IMG/VR virus record: IMGVR_UViG_3300010355_000140
Direction: 5' to 3' (one strand)
Length of the DNA: 43,961 nucleotides
Source: a virus
In this document: in pieces, positions 1 through 9,500 of the stretch
Layout: every line of letters starts with the position of its first letter
How positions within the stretch are numbered: position 1 is the first letter of the stretch
Notes under the pieces: model-generated
Told to the model about the DNA's origin: nothing
The model's database searches: none
What the model saw: only the letters and a program-made list of their open reading frames with translations
Position numbers and translations under genes: made by a program

Positions 1-1413
1 CATCTGATTGCCCACCCCATCGCCGGTCTGTTCGCCGGGATGGGGCTGGGCAAAACTGCTTCCACGCTGGCCGCGCTCGACCACCTGTTCGTGAATGGCA
101 TGAGCAAGGGTGCGCTTATCATCGCCCCGCTCCGCGTCTCTCTGTTCACATGGCATGACGAAGCCGCGCTCTGGTTCCCCTACATGAAGGTCGTCTCCCT
201 CCGCACCAAAGAAGGGCAGGCCGCATGGGATCGCGGTGAGGCGTGCATCTACACCCTCAACTACGAGTCCCTCTTCATCCCCCGGCGCAACCCCGATACT
301 GGTGAGGTCAAGGACCACGGCATCCTTGGGAAGCTGCTGAAAGGCAAACGAGCCAGCCAGCTACCCGTGGACGTGGTGGTCTGGGACGAACTCTCAAAAG
401 CAAAGAACCCCAGCTCGAAGCGCATCCGCGAGTTCCGCAAGCACCGCCGGAAGTTCGCCCGCCATTGGGGGCTGACCGGCACGCCGGTTTCTGAATCCCA
501 TCTCGACCTGTTCGGCCAGATTCGCCTGCTCGACGACGGAGCCACGTTCGGTCACACGCTGGGCAACTACCAGCTGCGCTATTTCCATGACGTGAACGAG
601 GAGCGTGCCCGCATCGCCCGCGCTCGCGGTGATGATCCGGTTTACCCCAAGTGGGAGGTCCGGCCTGAATGCGAGGGCATGATCGAGAAGGCCATCGAGC
701 CGATCGTCCTGACCCTCCGGTCGGAGGACTGGCTGAAAATCCCGCCGACGATCGTGGAGGACATCGACGTGGCGCTGCCCGGCAAGGTCCAGCCGCTCTA
801 CAAGAAGATGTCGAAAGACCTGCTGGCCATGATGGAGGACACGAAGGTGAAGGCGGTCAACCGCGCCGTCCTTTCCGGCAAGCTCCGGCAGATCGTCGGC
901 GGTGCCGTTTACTCGGAAGAGATCGACACCGGGGAAACCGGCGTGGTGACGGAACTCCACGATGCCAAAATTCACGCGCTCCGTGCCCTCTGGGAGCGCG
1001 AGGGCCGCGAGCCGATGATTGTGGCCATCCAATACAAGCACGAGCGTGAGCGCATCCTGCGTGCGTTTCCCGAGGCGGTGGAATTTCACTCCGACCGGCT
1101 GGCCGATTGGAACGCTGGGAAAATCCCCCTGCTGGTCGCTCACCCCAAGTCAATGAGCCATGGGCTGAACATGCAGAGCGGCGGCACCCGCATCTGCTGG
1201 TTCACCATGCCCTACTCACGGGACGACTACGAACAAACCAATGCCCGGCTGGCCCGGCAGGGGCAGAAGCACATCACCCGCGTCTTCCGTCTCCTCTCAC
1301 CCGGCACGATCGATGACGCGGTGGTCGCGGCGATCGAGAACAAGGGGGCCAATCAGGCTGGCTTCATGGAGCTGCTGGCACGCAACCTGCGCACGCTGCG
1401 CGAGGCAGCTTAA
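1..1413 (+). CDS. SNF2/Rad54-family helicase, 3' part (gene is split by the linearisation point; 5' part at 43793-43961)
   Basis: Frame-1 reading frame is open from base 1. Motifs seen: GLGKT Walker A, VVWDELS (DExx box), helicase-C motif LLVAHPKSMSHGLNMQ. nt 1-127 equal 43835-43961, so the ATG at 43793 is in frame. Confidence 0.85.
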   Translation, partial: HLIAHPIAGLFAGMGLGKTASTLAALDHLFVNGMSKGALIIAPLRVSLFTWHDEAALWFPYMKVVSLRTKEGQAAWDRGEACIYTLNYESLFIPRRNPDTGEVKDHGILGKLLKGKRASQLPVDVVVWDELSKAKNPSSKRIREFRKHRRKFARHWGLTGTPVSESHLDLFGQIRLLDDGATFGHTLGNYQLRYFHDVNEERARIARARGDDPVYPKWEVRPECEGMIEKAIEPIVLTLRSEDWLKIPPTIVEDIDVALPGKVQPLYKKMSKDLLAMMEDTKVKAVNRAVLSGKLRQIVGGAVYSEEIDTGETGVVTELHDAKIHALRALWEREGREPMIVAIQYKHERERILRAFPEAVEFHSDRLADWNAGKIPLLVAHPKSMSHGLNMQSGGTRICWFTMPYSRDDYEQTNARLARQGQKHITRVFRLLSPGTIDDAVVAAIENKGANQAGFMELLARNLRTLREAA

Positions 1414-1844
1414 TCCGTCTCGTCCGGCACGAGGACGTGCGGGCCACGCTTGAGCTTCGCTGTCAAGCGGAGAATCGCGGAGGTGGATTCTTTGGATGCC
1501 TGCTCCATCCGCTCCTCGCGGATCGCCGACATCCGGGTCGCTTCGATCTGGGCGACGGTGAACTCCTTCATGGTGGCTAGCTGCTGGGTGTTCAGCTCGG
1601 CAATGAGGGTCTGCAATGCGATCCGCTCCCTGTCACTGGCCAACCCTTTTTTGTAGAGAATCCAACCAAGAACCCCGGCGATCAAAAGGGCAATCAACGC
1701 GATGCCCATACGCTCATAGAGCTGGTTGCCAGCATTGATCTGTTCCGCCGATGGCAGATTTCCAATGATGCCATAAACGGTGGCGACCGTCCCGGTAGGT
1801 AGGGAAGCCAGAGAGAACAGGGTGAGGAACTCGCGCATGTTCAT
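1410..1844 (-). CDS. membrane protein, lysis-associated (holin or i-spanin-like)
   Basis: 144 aa. Two hydrophobic segments (LTLFSLASLPTGTVATVYGIIG; IALIALLIAGVLGWILY) followed by a ~75-aa charged helical tail. Last gene of the late arm, just downstream of the endolysin. Confidence 0.45.
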   Translation of the reverse strand: MNMREFLTLFSLASLPTGTVATVYGIIGNLPSAEQINAGNQLYERMGIALIALLIAGVLGWILYKKGLASDRERIALQTLIAELNTQQLATMKEFTVAQIEATRMSAIREERMEQASKESTSAILRLTAKLKRGPHVLVPDETD

Positions 1845-1884
1845 TGCTAGCTAACTACCACCGGGACGGTCAACTCTCAAACGA

Positions 1885-2454
1885 TCATTTTGTGAACTGG
1901 AAGTGCATCGCATCCCGGTTCCAGAATGCCCCCGCCGGGAGGAATCCATGGCGGGCGAACACCACCATCACGGACAGCGGCATGGTCGCGCCGGTCGGCC
2001 AGTGGGTGTGGTTGCCGTTGTTGTCCGGATCGAAGTCAAGGGCGGCACCGTAGGCGTGCAGGGACGGCACGGAGCCACCCCGGACGGAGCGGTTGTTGTA
2101 GCAGCCCGCGTAGCGTTTCAGGATGGCCCGGCCCTCCTCGAACGTGTTCAGCTCCACCAGCACACGGGTGAGCGGTTCAGCGATCTTGGCGTGGCACAGG
2201 ATGGTCTTCACCGCCTTGCCTTCATAGAGGACGACAACACCCTGCGGCACCGGCAGGTTGACCAGCTTCGACTCGTCCCCCGGATCACCGAAGAATTTGC
2301 GGAGCGAGGTCTGGTCGGACGCCGGGGCCGGGTGTTTCGCGGGCATGAACCCACGGAGATATTTCTGGGTTCCGAGGTTGGACTTGTTGCCCCAGAAACC
2401 GTCGTCGAGAACGCCTACGGTGCGCTGGGTTTTCTTGATTTCGTCCTTGGTCAT
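1885..2454 (-). CDS. endolysin: peptidoglycan-binding-like N-terminus + peptidase M15 (VanY / L-Ala-D-Glu peptidase type)
   Basis: 189 aa. N-terminal GVLDDGFWGNKS motif. Zn-site pattern SxHxxGxAxD (PSLHAYGAALDFD) and C-terminal DAMHFQF. Confidence 0.8.
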   Translation of the reverse strand: MTKDEIKKTQRTVGVLDDGFWGNKSNLGTQKYLRGFMPAKHPAPASDQTSLRKFFGDPGDESKLVNLPVPQGVVVLYEGKAVKTILCHAKIAEPLTRVLVELNTFEEGRAILKRYAGCYNNRSVRGGSVPSLHAYGAALDFDPDNNGNHTHWPTGATMPLSVMVVFARHGFLPAGAFWNRDAMHFQFTK

Positions 2455-2564
2455 TTGGTGACGTGGTTGGTGTGGTAGTATTTGATCGCGAGATCGGTGT
2501 AGAAGCGCCGGGCTTCCGGATCAACCTTGCGAACGGTGTTGCCCTTGGCGTCTGTCACAGTCAT
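2451..2564 (-). CDS. small hypothetical protein (37 aa), translationally coupled to the endolysin
   Basis: Below the ORF-track cutoff. ATG at 2564. Its TGA overlaps the endolysin ATG as ATGA (2451-2454). It fills an otherwise empty 141-nt gap. Product is hydrophilic (MTVTDAKGNTVRKVDPEARRFYTDLAIKYYHTNHVTK). Confidence 0.3.
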   Translation of the reverse strand: MTVTDAKGNTVRKVDPEARRFYTDLAIKYYHTNHVTK

Positions 2565-2595
2565 GCACGAAGGCAGGATCAGTGTGACAACCAAG

Positions 2596-3759
2596 CTAGC
2601 TAGGGGTATTATGTATTTTTTCATTGGTCAGTTGGAGATTTTTGAAAATGCGGGGGCGCTCCTCCACGGGAAGGCGCTCCCATCGGGCGAGCAACATGGC
2701 ATTGGTCTCGCGGGCCAGCGGGTATTTGCCGGTGTAGAACGCGGCGATGGCCAGTTCATCGAGCATTGCCCAATCGTAAACGTCACGACGGATGAAGAGC
2801 GGGTTGGGTGGCACGGGAATCTGAACCCCGATGCTGGCGTAGAGGAACGCCAGATTCCACATTCCCTTCGACCGGTAGTATTGGGCCAGCTCGTGCATCG
2901 ACTCTGCCCGGTATGGGCACGCTTGATAGGCACGGAGGAATGAGTCGATCGCCATGGCTTCATAATGATCGCGGGCTTCTTCGTTCGCATTGGGGTGGTT
3001 GGCGAAGCCGATGAAAATCCGACCGATCGAAAGGTAACAGTAGAACACCTCCTGATCCCAACCGCCTAATGCTGCCCGCTCCTCATAGGCATCGACCGCC
3101 AGATAAAGTTCGTTGGCATCACGGTAGCTCTGTGCCAAGTAGAACTGGTAGCGGCTGCGCATCTGGGGGTCGGTCTCGGTAGCCAACGCCTTCACCAGCA
3201 CGGCGGCATCATCCTGATACTTCCGGGGGTTCTGGTTGCGGGCGGAGTCCTGAATCTGGTCGAGGTGGAAGCCGGACGTGGTGCCGGTCGTGCCGCCTTT
3301 CCGATCCAAGAACTCATGGAGGACTCCCTTATACTGGTAGGGTGTCTGCCGGTTGCGGTAGATCAACGGGACCGTGTGGGCATGGATGCCGGTGTGGACC
3401 TCCACGTTGAAGAACTCTTGGGAGCCTAGCTGGCTACGGAACTCTTCCGGAGTGACGGATGGGACGAACACATTGTCCGCGTCCACCATGAAGCCATAGT
3501 CGAACTCCGGGAATCGTCTCGCCAAGTCCGCCATCACAAGGGAACGGTTGTGGGCGAAATCCTGCCACGTCGCATCGTAAACAAACATGGCTTGATCCAT
3601 GTCATTCTCTTCCGCCCATTTGAGGATCGTTTGGATCGTGCCGTCCGTTGAGCCGGTGTCGTGGATCAAGATGAAGTCCACATAGTCTTTCAAAGAATCG
3701 AGGCACCGCCGGATGACGTGTGCCTCGTTCTTAACGATCATTGTAAGTGCGATAGTCAT
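2596..3759 (-). CDS. family-2 glycosyltransferase (GT-A fold) with C-terminal TPR-like helical repeats
   Basis: 387 aa. N-terminus IALTMIVKNEAHVIRRCLDSLKDYVDFILIHDTGSTDGT is the classic GT2 opening. DxD-like VDAD is present. The C-terminal half is helical repeat-like (YLAQSYRDANELYLAVDAYEERA...). Confidence 0.8.
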   Translation of the reverse strand: MTIALTMIVKNEAHVIRRCLDSLKDYVDFILIHDTGSTDGTIQTILKWAEENDMDQAMFVYDATWQDFAHNRSLVMADLARRFPEFDYGFMVDADNVFVPSVTPEEFRSQLGSQEFFNVEVHTGIHAHTVPLIYRNRQTPYQYKGVLHEFLDRKGGTTGTTSGFHLDQIQDSARNQNPRKYQDDAAVLVKALATETDPQMRSRYQFYLAQSYRDANELYLAVDAYEERAALGGWDQEVFYCYLSIGRIFIGFANHPNANEEARDHYEAMAIDSFLRAYQACPYRAESMHELAQYYRSKGMWNLAFLYASIGVQIPVPPNPLFIRRDVYDWAMLDELAIAAFYTGKYPLARETNAMLLARWERLPVEERPRIFKNLQLTNEKIHNTPS

Positions 3760-3765
3760 CGCTGG

Positions 3766-4272
3766 CTAGAGGATCACCGAATGCTCCCCCTGTCTAGGAT
3801 ATTTCCCGGCGAAGCGTTCGCCGAAATCCCGCACCGCACCCAGATAGGTGTTGGCCAGTTTGAACCCCTGCTGCGCCATGATCGCATGGAACAGGTCGTT
3901 GCAGGTATCGATCTGGAGTGGCCAGTCCGCAACGCGGAGAAACTGGAAGCAGACATCATGGAACAGCGAACCCAGCCGGGTCGGCTCGAAGTCCGGGGTT
4001 CCCATCCACCGGCCAAGCAGCCACCACTTCGGCGAGCAGCCATTCCAAGCGTAGCCAGCCTTGATGGTGAGGACATCGTTTATGATGAATGCCCACTCCT
4101 TGCGGTTCACATCGCGGAGCGAAATCCATTTGTGGTGGAGCGCGAGCGCGGGGATACGCAGGGACACATCGGTGAGCAGCTTGAACCGGTAGGTTCCATG
4201 GGAATCGGGATCACTACCACGGAGTTCGCGGTAGTGAATCCCTTGGGCAAATTCAGGGAGTTTCAATTTCAT
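3766..4272 (-). CDS. hypothetical protein (weak DUF1353-like pattern)
   Basis: 168 aa. KAGYAWNGCSP ... LFHDVCFQF loosely resembles the DUF1353 pattern. Overlaps the upstream gene by 20 nt, so it is co-transcribed within the glycosyltransferase cassette. Confidence 0.45.
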   Translation of the reverse strand: MKLKLPEFAQGIHYRELRGSDPDSHGTYRFKLLTDVSLRIPALALHHKWISLRDVNRKEWAFIINDVLTIKAGYAWNGCSPKWWLLGRWMGTPDFEPTRLGSLFHDVCFQFLRVADWPLQIDTCNDLFHAIMAQQGFKLANTYLGAVRDFGERFAGKYPRQGEHSVIL

Positions 4273-5668
4273 GGAGCTTTGGCGCGTTACCTTCCCACGG
4301 GTCGCGAATCGACCGGTTCCGTTGGGCTGGTTTTTGTCCGCTGCGGGTTGATACCAGATCGTCCCGAGTGGTGAAAGCGTGATTCTCGCGGCAGTAGGTC
4401 TTGAGACCGCAGGCGTTGATCGCGTGCCAGAGGATGTGTTCGTAGCAGGTGCCGATCTGACGTGGCCCGACCGGACCTACCTGCTGGCTAGCCAGCTGGG
4501 CATAGGCATACTGGAGCCACGGGGTCTTGTCGAGCAGCGGCAGGTTGTAAACCACAGCCTGCGATCCGAAGAAATCCCGGACCTCCCACCAGCCATCGGG
4601 GCGTTCGATCGCGCTTTTGATGTCACCACCAAGCAGGATAGCTCCGCAGTCGTCGGGGAAGTCATCGAGCCGGAGCCACTTCTCATAGTTCTCCGGCACC
4701 ACCTCCGCGTCGTCCTCCAGCACGAGCATCGGCATGCGTGTCAGGTGGTCCATCTGGGTGGCCGCGAGATGGGAGAGTGAGCAGCCACGGATGGAATTGT
4801 TGGTGTCGCTCGCGTCCCAATCCGGGCAGATCGCTTCGAGGATGCGTGCGTTGCCGACCAGCTCCAACAGCTTCTTGGGGTATCGGTGGCGTGAAGCGGT
4901 GCGGTGGATGACGACGGCTTCCGGTGCAATGCCACGGGAGATGTCCCATGGGTTGATGAACTTCACGTTGGGGTATTGCTCGCGCATGGAGAAGTCCCAC
5001 ACCTCCCAGATTTTGTGATCGATACCACCAATCAGTTCCACCTTCTTGCCCAGCTTGGCGGCGATGATCGCGACGTGCAACCGGTCGGTGATGACCTTCC
5101 GGTATTTGTCGATGGTGGCAATGAACTGTGCAGCGGTCAGCCGGGTCTCTTCGGAGAATGGGTTGAAGGTAGTCACCTTCGCCATAGAGATGTCCGTGAC
5201 CTTCCGGTTGCCGGGACGCCAGTTGGTGCCGCTCTCACGGTCGGCACGCATCGCATAGAGCGTGTCAGCGACAGTGATGCCCCCCCATTCGGACAGGTCC
5301 AGCGAGAAAGCCAAGTCTTCGTGAAGCTCGGCGTTCAACCCATTCTCACGGGCGATCCGCAGCGACACCGCGCCACGGACGTAGATTTTGAGATTGGTAT
5401 ATCCCAGCTGTTTCAGCTTGCGGGCCGACTCGCCATCGAGCGAGCAAGGCAAAATGATGATCGGTGTGTCCTGATGCCAGCCACGGAGCGGTGCGCTGGT
5501 CTCGTTCCACCAATGACCCATGCCACCCCCTTTGAAGATGATGGGGGCGGCAGGGTCGTCGGGTGTATGGTTGGCAGCTTTGAGGATTGGCAGGGTAGCC
5601 AGTGCGATGGCTGAATCCCCGGCGTTGCCGGGGGCGGTGATGTATCGTTGATATGAGTCGATTTTCAT
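4253..5668 (-). CDS. two-domain enzyme: polysaccharide pyruvyl-transferase-like N-domain fused to a GT25-like glycosyltransferase C-domain
   Basis: 471 aa. N-domain has GNAGDSAI near the start and TDRLHVAIIAAKLGKKVELIGG..HKIW, the PS_pyruv_trans hallmarks. C-domain has GCSLSHLAA...MLVLEDDAEVVPENYEKWL, the GT25 (LgtB/Lic2B-type) pattern. It is the only gene here with a canonical SD (GGAGGgggtcATG). Confidence 0.65.
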   Translation of the reverse strand: MKIDSYQRYITAPGNAGDSAIALATLPILKAANHTPDDPAAPIIFKGGGMGHWWNETSAPLRGWHQDTPIIILPCSLDGESARKLKQLGYTNLKIYVRGAVSLRIARENGLNAELHEDLAFSLDLSEWGGITVADTLYAMRADRESGTNWRPGNRKVTDISMAKVTTFNPFSEETRLTAAQFIATIDKYRKVITDRLHVAIIAAKLGKKVELIGGIDHKIWEVWDFSMREQYPNVKFINPWDISRGIAPEAVVIHRTASRHRYPKKLLELVGNARILEAICPDWDASDTNNSIRGCSLSHLAATQMDHLTRMPMLVLEDDAEVVPENYEKWLRLDDFPDDCGAILLGGDIKSAIERPDGWWEVRDFFGSQAVVYNLPLLDKTPWLQYAYAQLASQQVGPVGPRQIGTCYEHILWHAINACGLKTYCRENHAFTTRDDLVSTRSGQKPAQRNRSIRDPWEGNAPKLHEIETP

Positions 5669-5702
5669 GACCCCCTCCGGATACCAGCCAGTGATGCAGT
5701 TG

Positions 5703-6488
5703 TCAAACAGGAGTTGATCCAGTCCAGCCAGTATCTTGGTCCGCGTTGGAGAGCTTCACCAGATAGAAGTTGGCATCTCCACCGTTCGGCACGCCGGAGC
5801 CGGTCGGACCTGTGGGGCCGGTCGGACCTGTGGGGCCGGGTGGTCCCAGCGGGCCGGTTGGACCCGTGGGTCCGGTAGCGCCGGTAGCGCCGGTAGCGCC
5901 GGTAGCGCCGGTAGCTCCAGCGCCAGTGGGGCCGGTCGGACCCGTGGGGCCGGTCGGTCCAGTTGGACCCGTGGGGCCGACAACGGTGTCCACAACAATG
6001 TTGCCGATGCGGATGATAAGCTCGTCGATCGTGATGACCTTCAACTGGTTTGTGATCTTGTCGAAGTAGAGGACCGAATCGTTGCGCGTAAGTGGCAGCG
6101 TTGATTCGGAATCCTCTGGTTCAAGGAAATCGAACGTGATGGCCCGGCCACCGAAATACGGGAAGTTGGCGGCGATCTCCTGAACGATGTGTGTCAGCTT
6201 GTTGAGTGCCGCCGTCACGTCCTCCGCTGCCGGGGTAGCGTTCACCGGGAACGCGATGATCTGCGTGCGCGGTGTGCGCCGGACCAAGACGATCTCGGTG
6301 CCGGGGTTGATGATTGTGTTCGTGCGGAAACCTTCGCCGGGGGTGATCGTGAAGTTGGTATAGTTGTCCCCATTCACAAAGAGAAAGATGTCTTGTGGAT
6401 TGGAATAACTGATTGAGATAGGGTAAGGGGTCACGGTGGACCCGTTACCATCATACCGTTGGCTGCATTGTTCATTGGTGACGGACAT
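5703..6488 (-). CDS. tail fibre: T7 gp17-type N-terminal adaptor + collagen-like (GPT/GAT) stalk + 29-aa C-terminus
   Basis: 261 aa. [17 protein letters not shown] ... [10 protein letters not shown] ... [19 protein letters not shown] matches the T7 tail-fibre N-domain pattern. Residues encoded by 5793-5978 are G-X-Y triplets. Confidence 0.8.
   Translation of the reverse strand: MSVTNEQCSQRYDGNGSTVTPYPISISYSNPQDIFLFVNGDNYTNFTITPGEGFRTNTIINPGTEIVLVRRTPRTQIIAFPVNATPAAEDVTAALNKLTHIVQEIAANFPYFGGRAITFDFLEPEDSESTLPLTRNDSVLYFDKITNQLKVITIDELIIRIGNIVVDTVVGPTGPTGPTGPTGPTGPTGAGATGATGATGATGATGPTGPTGPLGPPGPTGPTGPTGPTGSGVPNGGDANFYLVKLSNADQDTGWTGSTPV
5793..5978 (-). repeat. collagen-like triplet repeat coding region (6x GPT, GA interruption, 5x [15 protein letters not shown], 4x GPT, GSG)
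   Basis: 9-nt periodic repeats (ggtcggacc / ggtagcgcc on the + strand). Translation is read directly from the track. Confidence 0.95.
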
Positions 6489-6510
6489 GGTGGCAGAGTA
6501 GCTAGGTGTT

Positions 6511-9500
6511 TTATTTCAGCAAGTCTTTCGGGATTTTGGCTTCCTTCAACCCGGCGTTGATCCGATCCTCCGAGATTCCCAGCTGGCGGAACATTCCGAT
6601 CGTGGCGTCGAAATCCTTCTTGAGTTTTTCTTCGGCGACACCCATCCGTGCCTCTGCGGTGGCCAGTTCTTCCGGGCTGGCTTTCGCTTTCTGGCGCTTG
6701 GTAAGATATGAGTTGATCTCGCGCATGCGACCGGCGAACTCCACGAGATTATCATTGATGAACTCCGGGGAATCCGTGGCCTTGCGGATCATGCGGATAC
6801 CAGCCATGTAAAGCATGAAGTCGCCGACGTTGTGTTTGACACCACCATAGTCGATCGATCCTTCGACCGATTTCTTGGCACGTTCCCATTGGCGGACGAC
6901 ACCCGGCTTCATCATGTTGTTATAAGCATAGTTGGCCAGCTTGGTGGTGGCGACATCGGGAGTATCAACCTCCTCATTGTAGATCGCCCGGCCACCCTTC
7001 TGACGGTCATTGTTAGAGACCATGTCAGCCGCCGTCTTGGTGAAGATGTTCATATCCACCAGTGCTTCTTGCAGGACTTCCGAGACTTCGGCATCGTCCT
7101 TGCCGACCGCAGAGATGGCGTTGTAGAACAACCCATATGGGATGACATAGCTGGGATCGAAGTAGGCCAGCTCCTTGTCATCAGCTCGGGTAAAGAGCAT
7201 CTCCTTGTTCTCGTTCCACGGCTCCATGGCCGCTTCGAGTTTCTCGCGTTCTTCACGGCTCCAGCCGGTGAACAGTTGGGAAGCTGCGTTCGTCGCGGCG
7301 TAGAGCAGCATACCCGTGCCAGCGAGACCAGCAATCCGTTTGAACCCATTGGCCATGAGGACAGGGTTGCCGGATTTGAGTTCCCGGCCAGCGAGGATGA
7401 CGTTGTTCTTGATGCCACGGATCAGCTCGTAGTTGAACGAAACGAAGGTAGGGACAAAGAGACCATACTGGCTGGCTTGGCGAAGCAACTTGGGCACAAG
7501 GTCATAGTTCTGGGTTGTGGCCCGCACGTCTTCGACGGCACGGTCCCACGCCTCCTTCACGGTGTCGCCATCCTTGGCGGCTGCGAGATGCTTGTTGAAC
7601 TCCACCGCGAGCGCATGGCGTTTGAACCCGTTGTCGGAGACCTGATAGAGCTTGCCAGCCTTGTCCTTGAATGTGGCGAATTTCTCACCAGCTGTGGCTT
7701 CAACCGCTCCGGCGAAGTCGCGGTCATAGACCCCGGAGTTGAGGAGACCGGCGATCTGCATCTCGGTTTCCATCTGCTTCCATGTGAGCTGTTCCGCACC
7801 ACCGGCCTTGAGATATGCCTTGGCGTCGGTGTTGTAGAAGGTCTCTTGATCCCCGGTGGTATAGGTGGCTGATTTCGTCTGGTCACGGAGAATGCTGGTG
7901 CCGAATTTAAGGAACGCCTTGGCTCCGTCCAGCTTGCGGTTGAACAACCGGCCAGCGATGAACTCCTGCGACAACGCACCATAGTAGTTCACGGCATACG
8001 AGCCGGGGTTGAGGATGACCATGTTGAATTTGCCGAATGCGCTGACAGCCGCCACGCTGCGGGCGAAAACCTGTGGAAGCGTGAGGTCGGTCGGCGTGGA
8101 ACGGAACGCATCTTCGAGTGCTTCGGCCAGCTCGGGATACGTGTAGAAATCCTCGCCGAATCCACGGAACGCTTTTTCGATCCCCGTGGGTCCGTCGCCG
8201 ATGCGCTTGATGAAGTCACCACCCTTGGCACGTTTCGCGAGACCAGTCTTCACCAGCCAGCTAGCCATGTCCGCTTGAGCTGCATATCCCAGCGCCATGT
8301 CAGAGACCTTCTTGCCGGTGACGCGAAGCTCGGCGATCGGGTCCGTCACTTCACCCAGAAGGGCACGGATTTCAGGTGCCAACTCCTTCCGCTTGATAAG
8401 GCTGGTCACGTCAACACGACCGGCGGACGAGTTGCCCATGAGGAAATCCTCGGCCTTGCTCGGGTGCAGCATCTCCTTGATCGATTGCTCGGCTTCCGCT
8501 TTGGTCAGGCCGGTGGATTGCAGATACTTCATCGCATCATCATATACCTGCGGGTGATCCCGGCGCACAGTGGTCTCGTTCCAGTTGGCCTTCGGGTCAT
8601 GGACCTTGTAGTGGCGGAACATATAGCTACCGATGTTGTCACCCAACGTCTGGGCCAACGTCTTTTGCATGAATGGTTGGATGTCCTGCGAGAATTTATC
8701 GATGAAGTCACGACCAGCTTGTGCCGTTGGCTGGATTTCCGTGGGGAGATTGGCCATGGCTTTCGCATCACCATGGATCGCGGCCCGGATGTCACTGGTG
8801 AGGTTGTCGGCGTAGGATTGGCGGAGGGCCGGTGCCTGCTTCTTCACGAGCTTGGCGACCTCTTTCTCCAGCTGGAGAGCGTTGCGGCTGGCCATCTGTT
8901 CATACCCATGGCGCATCCGCTCGTATTTGACGCGGGTGGCGTCGAGCGTGCGGCCCGGCGTGCGGCGTTGGCCAAGGAACTTCTGGAGACCATAGCGGAG
9001 CTTGGCACCACGAGAGTAGCTGCCGGTGACAGGGTCATCGGCGCGGGGTGGCATCGCTTCACGGACAAGCAGCTGGTCCTCGTGGGAGACCATCCTAGCC
9101 AGTCCCAAAGTGGAGTGGCGAAGACTGTCCGGGTCCACGGTGACGGAGCTTTCTTTCACAGTGTTGGACTTCGGAGAAAGCGGCTTGTATCGCGGATCGA
9201 GCGTGCGTGCGACCTCGGCCACTTCCTCCGGTGTGCGTGCGTTGAATGACTTGCCGTTCTTGGAAACGGTGAAGGTGCCATCCTCCTTGATGGCGATCGT
9301 CGGACGTGAGGTGTTGTCCTGCGCCCATTGCATGCGTGCTTCCGGGGACGCGAAGTTGCCCGGCGTGCTGGCTTCATCCAGACCGAACTCCTCGCGCACA
9401 CGGCGCATGGCTTCATTGGCGAAGTCACCGTATGACAGGAAATCGAGACCCTGTTCAGGCACGACCACACCGGCAGCTTCGAGAATCTCGCCAGCTTGCT

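Noticed and set aside
1410-1844. Search for an embedded o-spanin (lipobox) gene or a classical holin near the endolysin.
   Set aside because: No ORF with a lipobox Cys was recognisable, and the 144-aa protein itself has no Cys. Only a generic lysis-membrane-protein call is supported.
5793-5978. Short periodic repeats considered as a possible CRISPR array or other non-coding satellite.
   Set aside because: The period is 9 nt, with no spacers, and the repeats lie in frame within a long ORF encoding G-X-Y triplets. This is a coding collagen-like repeat.
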